In this document: positions 29,430-41,995 of the stretch, piece after piece
Position numbering within the stretch: the first letter of the stretch is position 1
Layout: every line of letters starts with the position of its first letter
From: Eledone cirrhosa
Taxonomy: Eukaryota
Reading direction: 5' to 3'
Assembly (NCBI GenBank): GCA_964016885.1
Contig: OZ024742.1
Location: 272,924,001-272,988,000, forward strand
DNA: 64,000 nucleotides
The notes under the pieces: generated by a model
Told to the model about the DNA's origin: nothing
What the model saw: only the letters and a program-made list of their open reading frames with translations
Databases searched by the model: none
Translations under genes and position numbers: made by a program

Positions 29430-31750
29430 ATGGAAACGGATTTGAAGGTGAAAAACAAAATCATTGTGAATGATATTGTTTAATTTCAAAAATATAAAGT
29501 GTTCTAACAGGAATAGTAGTGAAAACAACAACACAAATGATAACAAGAAGAATAAAAACATAACATTAGAAAGACATAAGGTAATAAACAAGACCACTCG
29601 AAAAAATAACAGCAAGGATGAAGATAACAACAGGAAACACATCTATAAAAAGGAGATCAGTGTCAATAACAACAACAATAACTGTATCATTAATATCAGT
29701 GAAAATAACAGCAATTACAGCATCAACAACAAAAATGAACCAACGAATAATTCTGTTATTAGTACTAGAAAAGCTACTTTTACTACTGTCATCATATCGT
29801 ATTTTAGGAAAATAAGCTTTTCTGAAGTTGAAATCAATGAAGACAATATTATTAGCCTCAATACCCCACTCGAAACAATTCGAAATACGATACGTCGTAC
29901 AGTGACATCGTGTTATTGGGTTGAAAACGAAGAAGGTAGAGAGAGCCACAGAAGTTCAAATTCAAAAGGCTTTATGTTTTGTATGGAACTTAAAAACTAA
30001 TATACAAAAGATGCTGGTTTTTCGGCATAGTCGAGGTGAGATTTGCTACTACTGCCGATGAAGGAATATTTCACTCCATGAAGCCTTTATACACTGATGA
30101 GATCATGGTCATCCCATTCTATTGTGGAATAAGACTAGTAAGGACAAAGGTTTTGCAAATGTCGCTGGATATAGCTATATAGCTATATAGCACCATCAAA
30201 CCGATACCATCAGAACCATCACCATCAGCAACAACACCCATTGAGGACATGCCACTTCCCAATGTCACAAAATCATAGTGAAATTCTGACGAGATCGAAG
30301 AATGGTGAACAGTCTGCCTTAAAAAAAAAATCCCGGTCTTCTCCCTCAAAATAACACCACAACAGTCAACACACACACTGACTACAAAACCTAATCCACA
30401 CCCGTAACAACAAAAATGTACAAACATCAAGCACTACACAGCTATTGGCTCCATCATTATAAAACTTCTAAATTACATACAAAAAAAAACAAAACACAAG
30501 GCCAACCATAGCCAGAAAAAATAGCAATACCCACAAACATATAAATAATTAAAATAACAGAAAAAATACACATATTTTAAAAACAAAATTCCCAGATTAG
30601 GTTAGAAACTTCAAGGGAACAACCTCCAAATGATTCATCACAGACATTTCGGCTCTTGAGCATGAATATCCCCGAAGGATGGAACTACACTGTTTCCTCC
30701 TCGAAATTCAAATCGATCATGGCCTCATTCAAGACAGGTAGTATGAATGCATGTGTCCTATGGTGGTCCTGGTTTGGTTGTCATTACCAAGACCAGAGTT
30801 TCCGACGCACGAAACCTCGCACACATTTTCAGAAGCTACGATGTGTACACATCTCAGAGTCGTTCGGGATCTAGAGGCGTAGCTGCCATTCTGTTCCGGA
30901 AAGGCCCGTGTCTCACAATATGGACCATTTTCCTTAACCCGTAGGGTAAATTGGTGGTACTGTACGTTACCAGTGGAGAAAGACACGCCTTCACGCTAGT
31001 GGCCCTCAATGCTCCAACAGTAGTAATTCGAAATAATTTCATCCGATGTCTGGAAACGTTTCTTGGAACGTCTCGCTCTTTCTTTTTAGTGGGCGACTGT
31101 AACGGTATCATAGATGCAGGCTGGGACGGCACTAGATTAGCGGATAGTGGAGGTGCAAAAGCCTTGCAAACCTGCTTAGACGCTTCCAACTGTCTGACAG
31201 GTACTGGCTGGATTTTCCGAATGCGTCAATGTGTACATGGACAAACCACATCGGGTCATTAGGATCGTAGCAAATAGGCTACTCTGTAGGAACACAGAGA
31301 AGTCTAGCATAGGGTTCCACAATTTCAAGTAATCGAATACAGAGTTCCATAAATTTGTGGCGTGTTTAATAAATCTAGATAGTCTCCATAGGTAAGGGCA
31401 CAGATACAAGAGGCTGAACGCGTCATTCCCGACGCACAAATCATACAGGGACCGGATTATCGAATTAGATAAGCGGGCATTGAAAGGAGCAATCGTCAAT
31501 AACAAATATTGGCACTCTATGAAAAGGGCGATTAGAATAAAATCGATAAGGCTTAGCAAAGTCATGTCTCGGGACAAAAAACTAGAGCAAAATGAGAGCT
31601 AGCTAGAAAATTAGAAAAGGCGATTAGTAGAGGTATCGCAACCGAATTTCTTGCGGCGATATTGGCTCTGGGCTTATTCTTCACTGGTGTATTCTTCGAT
31701 GGCTGTGTGTATAAAGTAAGGCGCGTGGTCTTAGACACGAGATTCGAACG
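29430..31750 (+). mobile_element. Tx1/L1-like LINE 5' part (ORF1 remnant plus APE domain), decayed
   Basis: ATG at 30719 MASFKTGSMNA; SRGVAAILF; LVALNAP; FLVGDCN; similar to 13823-14750 and 23535-24220. Confidence 0.7.
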
Positions 31751-32071
31751 AATACGGCTCAGATTTTTTATTTCTTTTCAATGTGGTTTTTTTTGTTGTT
31801 GACTTTCACGTAAATGTACTTAATTACATGACAGTCATTAACCAACCAAATTAAATGTTAAATATGTATCAATCTGAGCCATTGTTTTCGTATCAAACAG
31901 AAAGAACTTTCAAACACGAAGTCGATGCGAGAAAAACCACCACAGAATCATAAAGTCTCTATCTCAATTTTACTTCTGAAAATCATAAGAACTGTGAAAC
32001 TAGTAAAGTAAATAAATAAATATTCTTAAAAGACTCCAGTTGCATTTTCAGTTTCATTTCTTTATATATAT

Positions 32072-33150
32072 ACTAGCATTAAAGCCCGGCGTTGCTCGGG
32101 GTCATTAAGTTACCAAAGTTAGGTTGCACCACCCATTTTATGGCAGCACTTTTTTGTCTGCCAGGCACTGGGTGAATGAATTGCAGACCTGGAAGCATGA
32201 GCTGCGCCAGCAGTGACAATTGTAGTTTCGCCTATGGATATTATCTCTGTGCAAAAAAGTGTTGAAATGTATTGTTTCACAGTACTTGCGCAACACGCGC
32301 GTAGACGATGCCAGCCGAACAACAGAGCTGCGATGGAGTTGTTCTGCATGGTTGTCTGTGTGTTTTCTAAATTTAAGACAGTAGGGAGGGTTGTGATATG
32401 AGGGAGAGTTAGCTGTTGTTTCTAGCAGGTTTAGTGAGCTCATAGAGGATATGTGTTTTCTAAATTTAAGACAGTAGGTAGTGGTGTGATATTGAGGAGA
32501 GTTAGCTGCTGTTTCTAGCAGGTTTAGTGACCTCATAGAAGATATGTTTTCTAAATTTAAGACAGTAGGGAGGGGTGTGATATGGGGGAGAGTTAGCTCC
32601 TGTTTCTAGCAGGTTTAGTAACCTCATTGAGGATATGTGTTTTCTAAATTAAAGACAGTAGGGAGTGGTGTGGGGAGGGGTGTGATATGGGGGAGAGTTA
32701 GCTGCTGTTTCTAGCAGGTTTAGTAACCTCATAGAGGATATGTGTTTTCTAAATTTAAGACAGGAGGGAGTGGTGTGAACGGACAGTATCACCATCAAGC
32801 TTGGAAAGAGAAAGTAGCAGAAAGTATGAAGTTGTATAGATTTTGAATGGTAGTAGAAAGGGGTTCAGCAGTTTAAATGAGAGAGAAAAATCGTAAATTA
32901 TTGAGTGTTATCTATTTTTTGCGTAATTGTGGGTGAAATTGAAAAAATGATCTGCGTCAAGACGCAATCGAAACTATTTCGAATACTGAATTGTAAATTT
33001 CAATTGAAGAAATTCTATATCGTAGATTTCTATAACGAAGGAGCATGACCACACACTGAGCTTTATAGATTATGATGAAACAAAAACTTAAATTTTGAAA
33101 ACTAAAACAATGTGTTATGAAGATTGTTAAATTGCCGAAATAACAAAAGA
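32072..33150 (-). mobile_element. Non-autonomous Helitron (3' end clear, 5' boundary uncertain)
   Basis: Reverse strand ends cccgagcaacgccggg hairpin ..atgCTAG|T; second copy at 46579-46945. Confidence 0.75.
32358..32780. repeat. ~93 bp minisatellite, about 4.3 copies, inside Helitron
   Basis: ctaaatt(t/a)aagacag..gagagttagct..tttctagcaggtttagt unit starting at 32367, 32460, 32551, 32644 and 32749. Confidence 0.9.
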
Positions 33151-33194
33151 ATCTTGCCTTAACAAATTCACCATCACAAATATTGTCGGGTTTA

Positions 33195-34172
33195 AACGCC
33201 ATACGCAAAGCCACCAGAAGAGAGGGCCTCAATATCAAACTAGCTCACTCTGGACCTTCCCTACTAAGATGACTCTCCACAAGACAACTCCACAACGAGA
33301 ATAAACCCATAACGAGGATGCATCCTAGCCAATTGCCATATCCACAACACTAATTGTTGCCTACGTATCAACTTAGTATACAGGATAGAATGTAACAAGT
33401 GCAATCTATTTTACATAAGGAGCACTATTCGACTGGTACATCTCCGTATTAAAGAGTATGTTAACTCCAACTCCTCTTCCTTTCGCAAACACATCATCAA
33501 ATGTGGAAACCGGGACAACATTACCACCGCAAACTTTGCTACCGAACGCCGTATAGGCACGCTAAGAATTAAGGAACCTCTCTTAAGCAAACAATTAAAA
33601 CCTAGTATCAATAATCGATTGAAAGAAGTGCCCCAGAATAGTTAATTTAAAAGTCTGTATTCCAATTTCCCAACGGCCTGCTTCGTTCTTTCTTTCTGTC
33701 AAATCAAATATATGCCCTCACTAGTCAAACACACTTAGACTCACACACACACATACACATATCGCACACATATTTTTCCCGTTTTATTATATACATATTC
33801 GCACACATCTTTCACTAAACTTATATTCATGCACACGCATACAAAAATTCACACACACAAATGCATATATCGTATATATATCATATATTTCACAACGCGC
33901 ACGTTCAAAATATGTTAACGTCTTTTCATTTCATTTAAACTAGCTCTCCAAAGAAGCAAGTCTATCCGATCGACTTTAAATTCTCTCATAGGGCTACTCC
34001 CTTGATAATGGATTTTTAAACCCCAAAATATTTGGGATCGTTAAATTTGTTCAAGTAAGATTATTCTGTTATCTTGGCAATTTAACATACTTCATAATGC
34101 ATTGTTTTTTTTTCAAAATTTAAATTTGTGTTTCCCATTCAACAATGCTTCAAGCAACCTATGAAGCTCTGT
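33195..34172 (+). mobile_element. 5'-truncated PLE: GIY-YIG endonuclease plus pLTR
   Basis: IRKATRREGLNIKLAHSGPSL; NCHIHNTNCCLRINLVYRIECNKCNLFYIRSTIRLVHLRIKEY..LKPSINNR; degenerate HHR at ~33998-34038; ends in (TA)n. Confidence 0.8.
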
Positions 34173-34226
34173 TATATATATATATATTACCTATATATAT
34201 GTATGTGTTTATGTATATGTATGTGC

Positions 34227-34302
<76 letters not shown>

Positions 34303-34380
34303 GTGTGTGTGTGTGAGTGTCACTCACTGAGTGTGTGTATATGTGTATATGTATATGTATATATATGCATATATATATAT

Positions 34381-35312
34381 ATATTGTTATACTTTGGAAG
34401 GGTCATGTTGCTAATAAGAAATACACGCACCAGTTGTTTCACTTCAATTTATTATAATAAATTTATAAATTTAGGAATGTTCAAAGACCTCCCTGTATAG
34501 ATAAGAAATGTATAATCTGTAAATTAAGCCCCATATTAAATGTAAAACTAGAAATGTAGTATATAGGATAATATGTACTGAAGGACAATGTAGAGATAAG
34601 AATATAGTGTACATAGGTGAGACAGCTTGTAGTATAGGGCAACGGACAAATGAACACTGGCGAGAGCTTCAAGATAGTAAAGAATCATCTGTACTCTACC
34701 AACATGCTATAAGGGTAAATTAGAGAACATAGAAATAAAAATAGAATCTACACACAGAAAAGACGCAATGTTTGGACAAATCACAGAGGCAATAAACATA
34801 AATGAACTCCAACCATAATTAAATAGAAAACATGAATGGAACAGCAACATCACAACTTACAATTAAGGACAAAATGAAAACACACACACATAGAACAAAC
34901 AACCAAACAGTAACATGCAAACAAACAAATAAATAAACAAATATAAACACACACAGACACCCGGATGTAACATATGCGCAAACTAAGCATACAACACACA
35001 CACAAACAAGATGGCGTACAAAGAACAAAGGAGAGGCACAAAAACAAAGAAAATAATCCACAGTCACTGAAGAGGTCACATAATGTGTGACGAAAGAACT
35101 TTGACAATATATGAACAATCATCAGGTTGTGGAACCAACCAACCAACCGGAAATTTATAAATTCCTAAATTTATAAATTTATTATAATAAATTGAAGTGA
35201 AAGCAACTTGTGCGTGTGTTTCTTATTGGAAACATGACCCTCCCAAATATAACAATATCGGTTTCAAAACACGTTTTCAGATAAAGAATCTTGCTAAACA
35301 AATTCAGAAACG

Positions 35313-35315
<3 letters not shown>
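34381..35315 (+). mobile_element. Non-coding PLE pLTR derivative with ~98 bp inverted terminal arms and 3' tail
   Basis: 34381-34478 is the reverse complement of 35161-35258; tail 35259-35315; TA-rich flanks; related end at 57023-57105(-). Confidence 0.75.
35063..35105 (+). ncRNA. Minimal hammerhead ribozyme
   Basis: gtca-CTGAAGA-g-gtcaca-taatg-tgtgac-GAAA-gaac-TT-tgac. Confidence 0.7.
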
Positions 35316-35388
<73 letters not shown>

Positions 35389-36369
35389 AATATTGTTGCG
35401 TATGTTTATTGTTTGTTGCATGTATATGTGTACATAGGGTTTTGGTATATGTACGAGTGCGCGTATTTTTGTGTATGTGCTTGTATATGTACGTACGGTG
35501 TGCGTTTTTGCGTATGCATGTGTATGTACATATATAGATGTGTGTATAAATACTATTGCTTTTATGATTTTAATAACCTTTGTCATATTCGTTCTACAAA
35601 TATATTTACATTATTCTTAACTCCGCAACTGAGAATCATTCGATTTCCTAAATAGAATATTAGTCATGTCTTTATGCTGAAAAGTATTTCGGCAGCTTCT
35701 ATTCGCGATCGTATTCTTTCGGCGATATGTTGTTCAGGCTTCAAATTCGCAGAAAAGTGATCGACTTCCGACCATCAATCTACCTGAGTGAACGTTTTTG
35801 TTTTGTTTGTGTGTTTGTTAGTTTTTTCCATTGATGAATGAAACGAGAATTGAATATATGAAACCTTAAAGAAATCAATTGATAGAAAGTTTATTTCCTC
35901 CGCACTCTACCAATTCCACGGACAAGATATTAAAGGATTTGCTGAGGGACACAACGTGTAATACCCATCTCACGGGGCTCTATCTTAGGACGGGATGTCC
36001 TCCTCCAAAGAATATATAGAAGTGGAAATTAACATTTCTGTTTGGGATATAAATATTTGTTTACATTTTCGCATTCATCTCAACGATATTCACAATGGAG
36101 GCGCTTACAATGTTTGAATATAACTGAACCGTCGTACCATTTAATATACACAAACCCACAATTTCTTATTTTACTGTGGATTTACCCATGCGAAATTTTA
36201 CACAAACTCACAGCCTTAAATTTTCAGCAGCAACATCAGAATGAACATCAAGAGGAACAACAACAACAACTTCAACTGACACCACCATCACTGCCACCAT
36301 CCACCAACACAGCCACCAACATCACTATCACCATTGAGCAGGCCTTAAGATAACAAGAACTATAATAAT

Positions 36370-36480
36370 AGAAAATAGTCTGTTTTGGGCACGGGGCAGC
36401 GATTGTCCCAGCGCATTGCTGGTGCCTTATTTTGTCGGCTCCGTGGGGATAAAGGACACGTATGATCTCGGCTTCAATTA
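36370..36480 (-). mobile_element. Degenerate SINE remnant (same family as 9418)
   Basis: ggcacggggcagcgatt..ctggtgccttattttgtcggctccgtggggataaagg aligns by eye to 9438-9520. Confidence 0.45.
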
Positions 36481-36549
36481 TACGAACTCTTTTGTAAGTC
36501 AACAGTTGAACCCCCTGTTTTCTCCCCCCCCCCCTTTATTTTGTTTTTT

Positions 36550-39500
36550 TGTACATTCATCCATTCACTCATTCATTTGTTAACATTCTACCTTCTTGTC
36601 TGTCCCCCTCCATGCATCCCCTTCTCTTTTCTCTTATCTTCTGACGCCTCTATATCAGATGTAGGTGAGCTATAAGGCCCTCTTACCAGAACTTTCCAAT
36701 CCACACACACACGCCAGCCACTCATCCCCGATGCCGCGCGGTGCCCTAGTCCCCGGCCCCTCACTCCACGCCATCCCCTCAAGAAGACACCTGCAGCACT
36801 TGCAGTAGCACTAACAGACGGAAGAAGGGCCGAAACTGTTCCGGGTGCGGCTGCTTCCAACACCTCACCTGTATCGGCTTGACACGTCGAGCTGCCAGTG
36901 CCCTCGCAGGGTGGAGATGTAGGAACTGCCTCTTCCCCTCGTCTTCACAGCCACGGCCGTCTGGCACACCACAAGATGAGACAGCGAGCTTTCTTGACGC
37001 CCAAGCCTCACTGGTCAACATCACTCGGCTAAGGCGGCTCCGGAAGATCCCACTCAGGATTCCGAGAGCGGCCCGCTTGCCGGTAGCCGATGCCCTCGCC
37101 TCCTGAATTGAGAGCGCCCTGGAGTCCAATCGAGCCATCGACTGGGAGCGACTCTCTTATTTCGCCCCGCTCGCCCTCGGCCTCCCCAGCTCTGGCGCTG
37201 ACCGGGTCGGCCGGTCAAAAGCAGCTTTCCTCAAGGCCAACGTTTCGTCCTTTGGGCAAGCGCCCATTCCAAGCATGCCAAGGGACGCCACACATCCCAC
37301 CCTCGGGTACCCCCAATCCTCCACCCCTGAGGCCAACGCCAAGCGTTTGTGCGACCACGTAAATGCTAAATTAATTATGGGTGATGTCTCGGCCGCAGTC
37401 AGAGTGGTTGCCTCAGAGGACACTGTCCTCCAACCCACCGAGGAGGCCCGGGCTGCTCTGCGACTCAAGAACCCTGAGACACCCGCTGACCTCAGACCCA
37501 TACCCCCACCCGACCCCCACTTGCTCCTTGTGGCTTTCTCCTCCATCATGTCCTTCCCAGCTAGCAGCAGTAGAGGTGTTGATCGTCCCCGACCAGGCCA
37601 CATAAGGAGCTCCTGTCCACCCTCTCCGCTGAAGCCGGGTTTCCCCTTCTGAGTGCAATTGTGGAGCGCACTATTGGGCTCATTCATGGCACCCTGGACC
37701 CTAACGCCCGAGGCCTCTTTCTTTCGGCTAGCCTCACCGCTCTCAGGAGGAAAGACGGTGGGGGAGCCCCATCGCCGTGGGCAATGTCTTCCGGAGGCTG
37801 GCTGCCAAGGTGGTGTGAAGTTCCGTAACACCTGAACTGGGTGTGGGTTTCAGTCCGGTGAAACTGGGTGTCGGTGTGTCCGGTGGCTCTGAAGTGGCCG
37901 CACATGCAACAAGGCAGTTCTTCATCAGCTGCCTACCGGATCCGGCATCCAGGAATTCCAGGCACCTCATTGTCAAGCTTGACATGAGGAATGCCTTCAA
38001 CTGCTTACGGCGGGACCATCAGCTCAAAGTCTGCCTCAGCCGAGCCCCCTCTGCTTACCCGCTGGTCTAACTGTCGAAGGGAGCCCCGAGCATGCTCCTT
38101 GTTGCTGGGATCCAACAGTGCGAGCCTTTGGGACCCCCCCCCCCCCTGTTTGACCTTGGTATAGACCACATCCCTCGGAGTATCACGGTCCCTCTCAATG
38201 TGTGGTATCTGGATGATGCTACGTTGGGTGCCCGTACACACTGTCTGCCATGACCTACAATCAGTGGTTCCTGCCCTGGCAGGAATCGGCCTCCAGGTCA
38301 ACTCGGCCAAGTAGGAGGTGGTGAATGTCAGCCACGATGCTGAGAGGTTTGCCGCCTCTGTCTCTGAATGCGGTCCAGTCTCCACCAGGTACAAACGACC
38401 TCCAAAGACGATCTCCTTATTCTCGGGTCAGCGATCCACCCGCCAGCTATATGCCCCACCATCAGGTCCAGGCTTCAACAACTCCAGATGCTCACGAGCC
38501 GACTGGGCTTGATCGACGGTCAGCCCAGCCTCTTTCTGTTGAGCAACTGCTTCGCTATTCCGAAGCTCCTCTATACCCTTCGCAGCGCCTCATGCTACAC
38601 CCACACATCTCTCCTCGCTCGGATCGATACTTGTATCCGAGAAGGAGCCAAGGAAATATGCAACGTCAAGTGTGACGACATTGGTGGCAACAAGCCACTT
38701 TACCTGTTAGGTATGGCGTCCTCGGCCTCCGGTCACCGATCTCACTAGCTTTGCCGGCGTATCTTCGTTGGTAAACTCGTACCGCGTCCACGTCAGCAGG
38801 GTTCTTCTAAACACAATAAAACCGTCTGTGTTCAGAGAACGTGAGCCCGCCTGTCAAACGTGGGACCGGCTTGGAGTTAGCTCAGTAGACGTCCCTCCTC
38901 CTTCTCTCCCTGTTGACCTCGAATCTCCCCGAAGCACTTGGGATGCTTTCCAGTGCACCTTGACCTCAGAGAGGCTCAACCGCCAGCTCGACCAGCACTG
39001 CCTTTCCTCTTTTCGTGCGGCCTCCAATACCCACAGTCGTGCCTGGCTCCATGCCCTGCTCCCCTCCACTGGCATGCAGCCAGACAACAATAGCCTGCGC
39101 ATCGGCATTTCCCCGAGGCTCGGCCTCCAGATATGCAAGTCACACCAATGACGCTGCCGATTCACCGTGGACCCCTTCGGCTCCACCCACTTTCCTGTCG
39201 CCACAGTGCCGGTCGTCTTCCACGCCTTGTGGCTCTCAACGCAGTCATAAAGCATGGCTTGGACGCTGCAGGCTTCCCTTCCAGCTCGAGCCGGTGGGGC
39301 TGGACTGAGGGGACGCCAAAAGGCCAGATGGCATGACCATCTTCCCCTTCCGCAGTGGCAAACCCCTCGTCTGGGATGCCACTTGCACCGACACTTCCTG
39401 CAACCGCAATCTGATGCAGTCTGCGACTAACCCGGGTTCTGCTGCACGTCGTTTGAGGAGGCTAAACTCATCAAATAACGGTCGCTCTCCGAGAGGTTTG

Positions 39501-39790
39501 CAGTTGTACCCTTGGCAGTGGAGACTTCTGGTGTCCTCGGCCCTAGGGCTACCTCCCTACTCACTATCATAGGCGCTGAGCTGGCCAGCCGCAGATGTGA
39601 GCCCCGCGAGTTGGAGTGGCCTTTCCAGCGCGTTTACCTTGCCGTCATTCGGGGAAACGCCTTTTCCCTTCTGACCGCCGGCGTTGTGTGGCGGCCCCAT
39701 CGCGTATCATTCCATATTTAGTTATGGTCGGTGTGTGTATGCTTATGTTTTGGATGTTAGCTAAAAGCGCTTTTTTTTTCCTTTTTTTAC
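36550..39790 (+). mobile_element. CRE-clade RLE retrotransposon, near full length, decayed
   Basis: N-terminal PHD finger; IAVGNVFRRLAAK; LGVGVSGGSE; VKLDMRNAFN; GIQQCEPLG; WYLDDATLG; RPDGMTIFPFRSGKPLVWDATCTDT; VPLAVETSG; RVYLAVIRGNA; (ATTC)n-like tract at 5' side. Confidence 0.9.
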
Positions 39791-40084
39791 GAAGAACATA
39801 AATTATTCTAAACTATATCTATGAAACGATAACTACTTAGATAACAATTTGTACGTCATGTCTAACGACGTATTATCTTTGCGTTGTCCCCTTCATTGCC
39901 AGGGAACGTCTTCACGAACGAATGTATCGTCTTCCTGTTTTCTTTCGGTTGCAACCTTTTTCGAAATATTTAATTCAGCGTTAAAAATGATTTTTTTTAG
40001 TTTCAGAAGATCCCGTTAAGGGTGAATGCAGGGATTTTTGCTTAAACATTAACCCGTTATTTTATTATATATATATATATATAA

Positions 40085-41087
<1,003 letters not shown>

Positions 41088-41532
41088 AAAAGAGAAAACA
41101 CAGGTAAGCATTAAAAAAAGGATGTTATCCATGTATTTACGACCGTTTCATTGGTAAGTGCAACCTTATATTGCTATACTGCAAATAGCAGCCACTCAAT
41201 AATAATTGTTGTACGCGTCCAAATTGTCTAAATAGTGAATATGTTATTCTTAACAAGTTCTTAATATATAGAGAAAACAATTTTTTTGAATTGTATTTGC
41301 TAGTATAGAGAGAGAGGAAGAGGAATTTGAAAGTGGGGGGACAAAGGGAGTAGTATAAAGAGAGAGGGAGGGGGAGAATAATTAGGAAGTAGGGTGACAA
41401 ACTGAGATGGAGGGAGGGGTTATAGGTGAAAGGAATCTTTGATCAGTTTTGATATATGTAGACATGATGTCGTCGATTTAGAGTGTAGTGAATTAAAGAG
41501 AATTAAATTGTTTATAGTGTGGGGGGGGGGGC

Positions 41533-41583
<51 letters not shown>

Positions 41584-41995
41584 GAGAGAGAGAGAAAGAG
41601 ATATTGAAGGGGAGAGATAGAGAGATAAATATATATATATATATATAAAAAAATAATAAATAAATAAATAAATAAAATAAAGGGGGGAGAAAGAAGGCAT
41701 AAAAAAACAAAAAAGTCATAAAAAAAAAGGAAAGAGAAGAAAGGAAGAAAACTAAAAGAAATGTGAAAAGGAATGAAGGAGAAGGGAGGGATATAGGTAT
41801 TTTTATTGTGTGGGTAATTAAAGGGGTTGTATATAATAAGAGGGTAGAAAGTCTAAGTATATGCAGTTTGTCAGGTGGTAGTAGGAGGATAAGGGTTCGA
41901 TTTGCACTTGTAGTGCGAAAACTTTTCTTTGAGTCTATGGTTACAATAAATCGATCTTTCGATTTTATTGTTGAGTAACTTATTCTTCGAATTCA
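41088..41995 (-). mobile_element. PLE 3' end (GIY-YIG C-terminus plus pLTR)
   Basis: SKNKLLNNKIERSIYCNHRLKEKF (LLN..C.HR motif) at ~41910-41990; GAAA-cgg-TC HHR half-core at ~41140-41150; ends at (TA)n. Confidence 0.6.

Noticed and set aside
29470-30000. 176-aa Asn/Lys-rich ORF
   Set aside because: Low-complexity AAC-rich sequence upstream of a LINE remnant; no recognisable domain.
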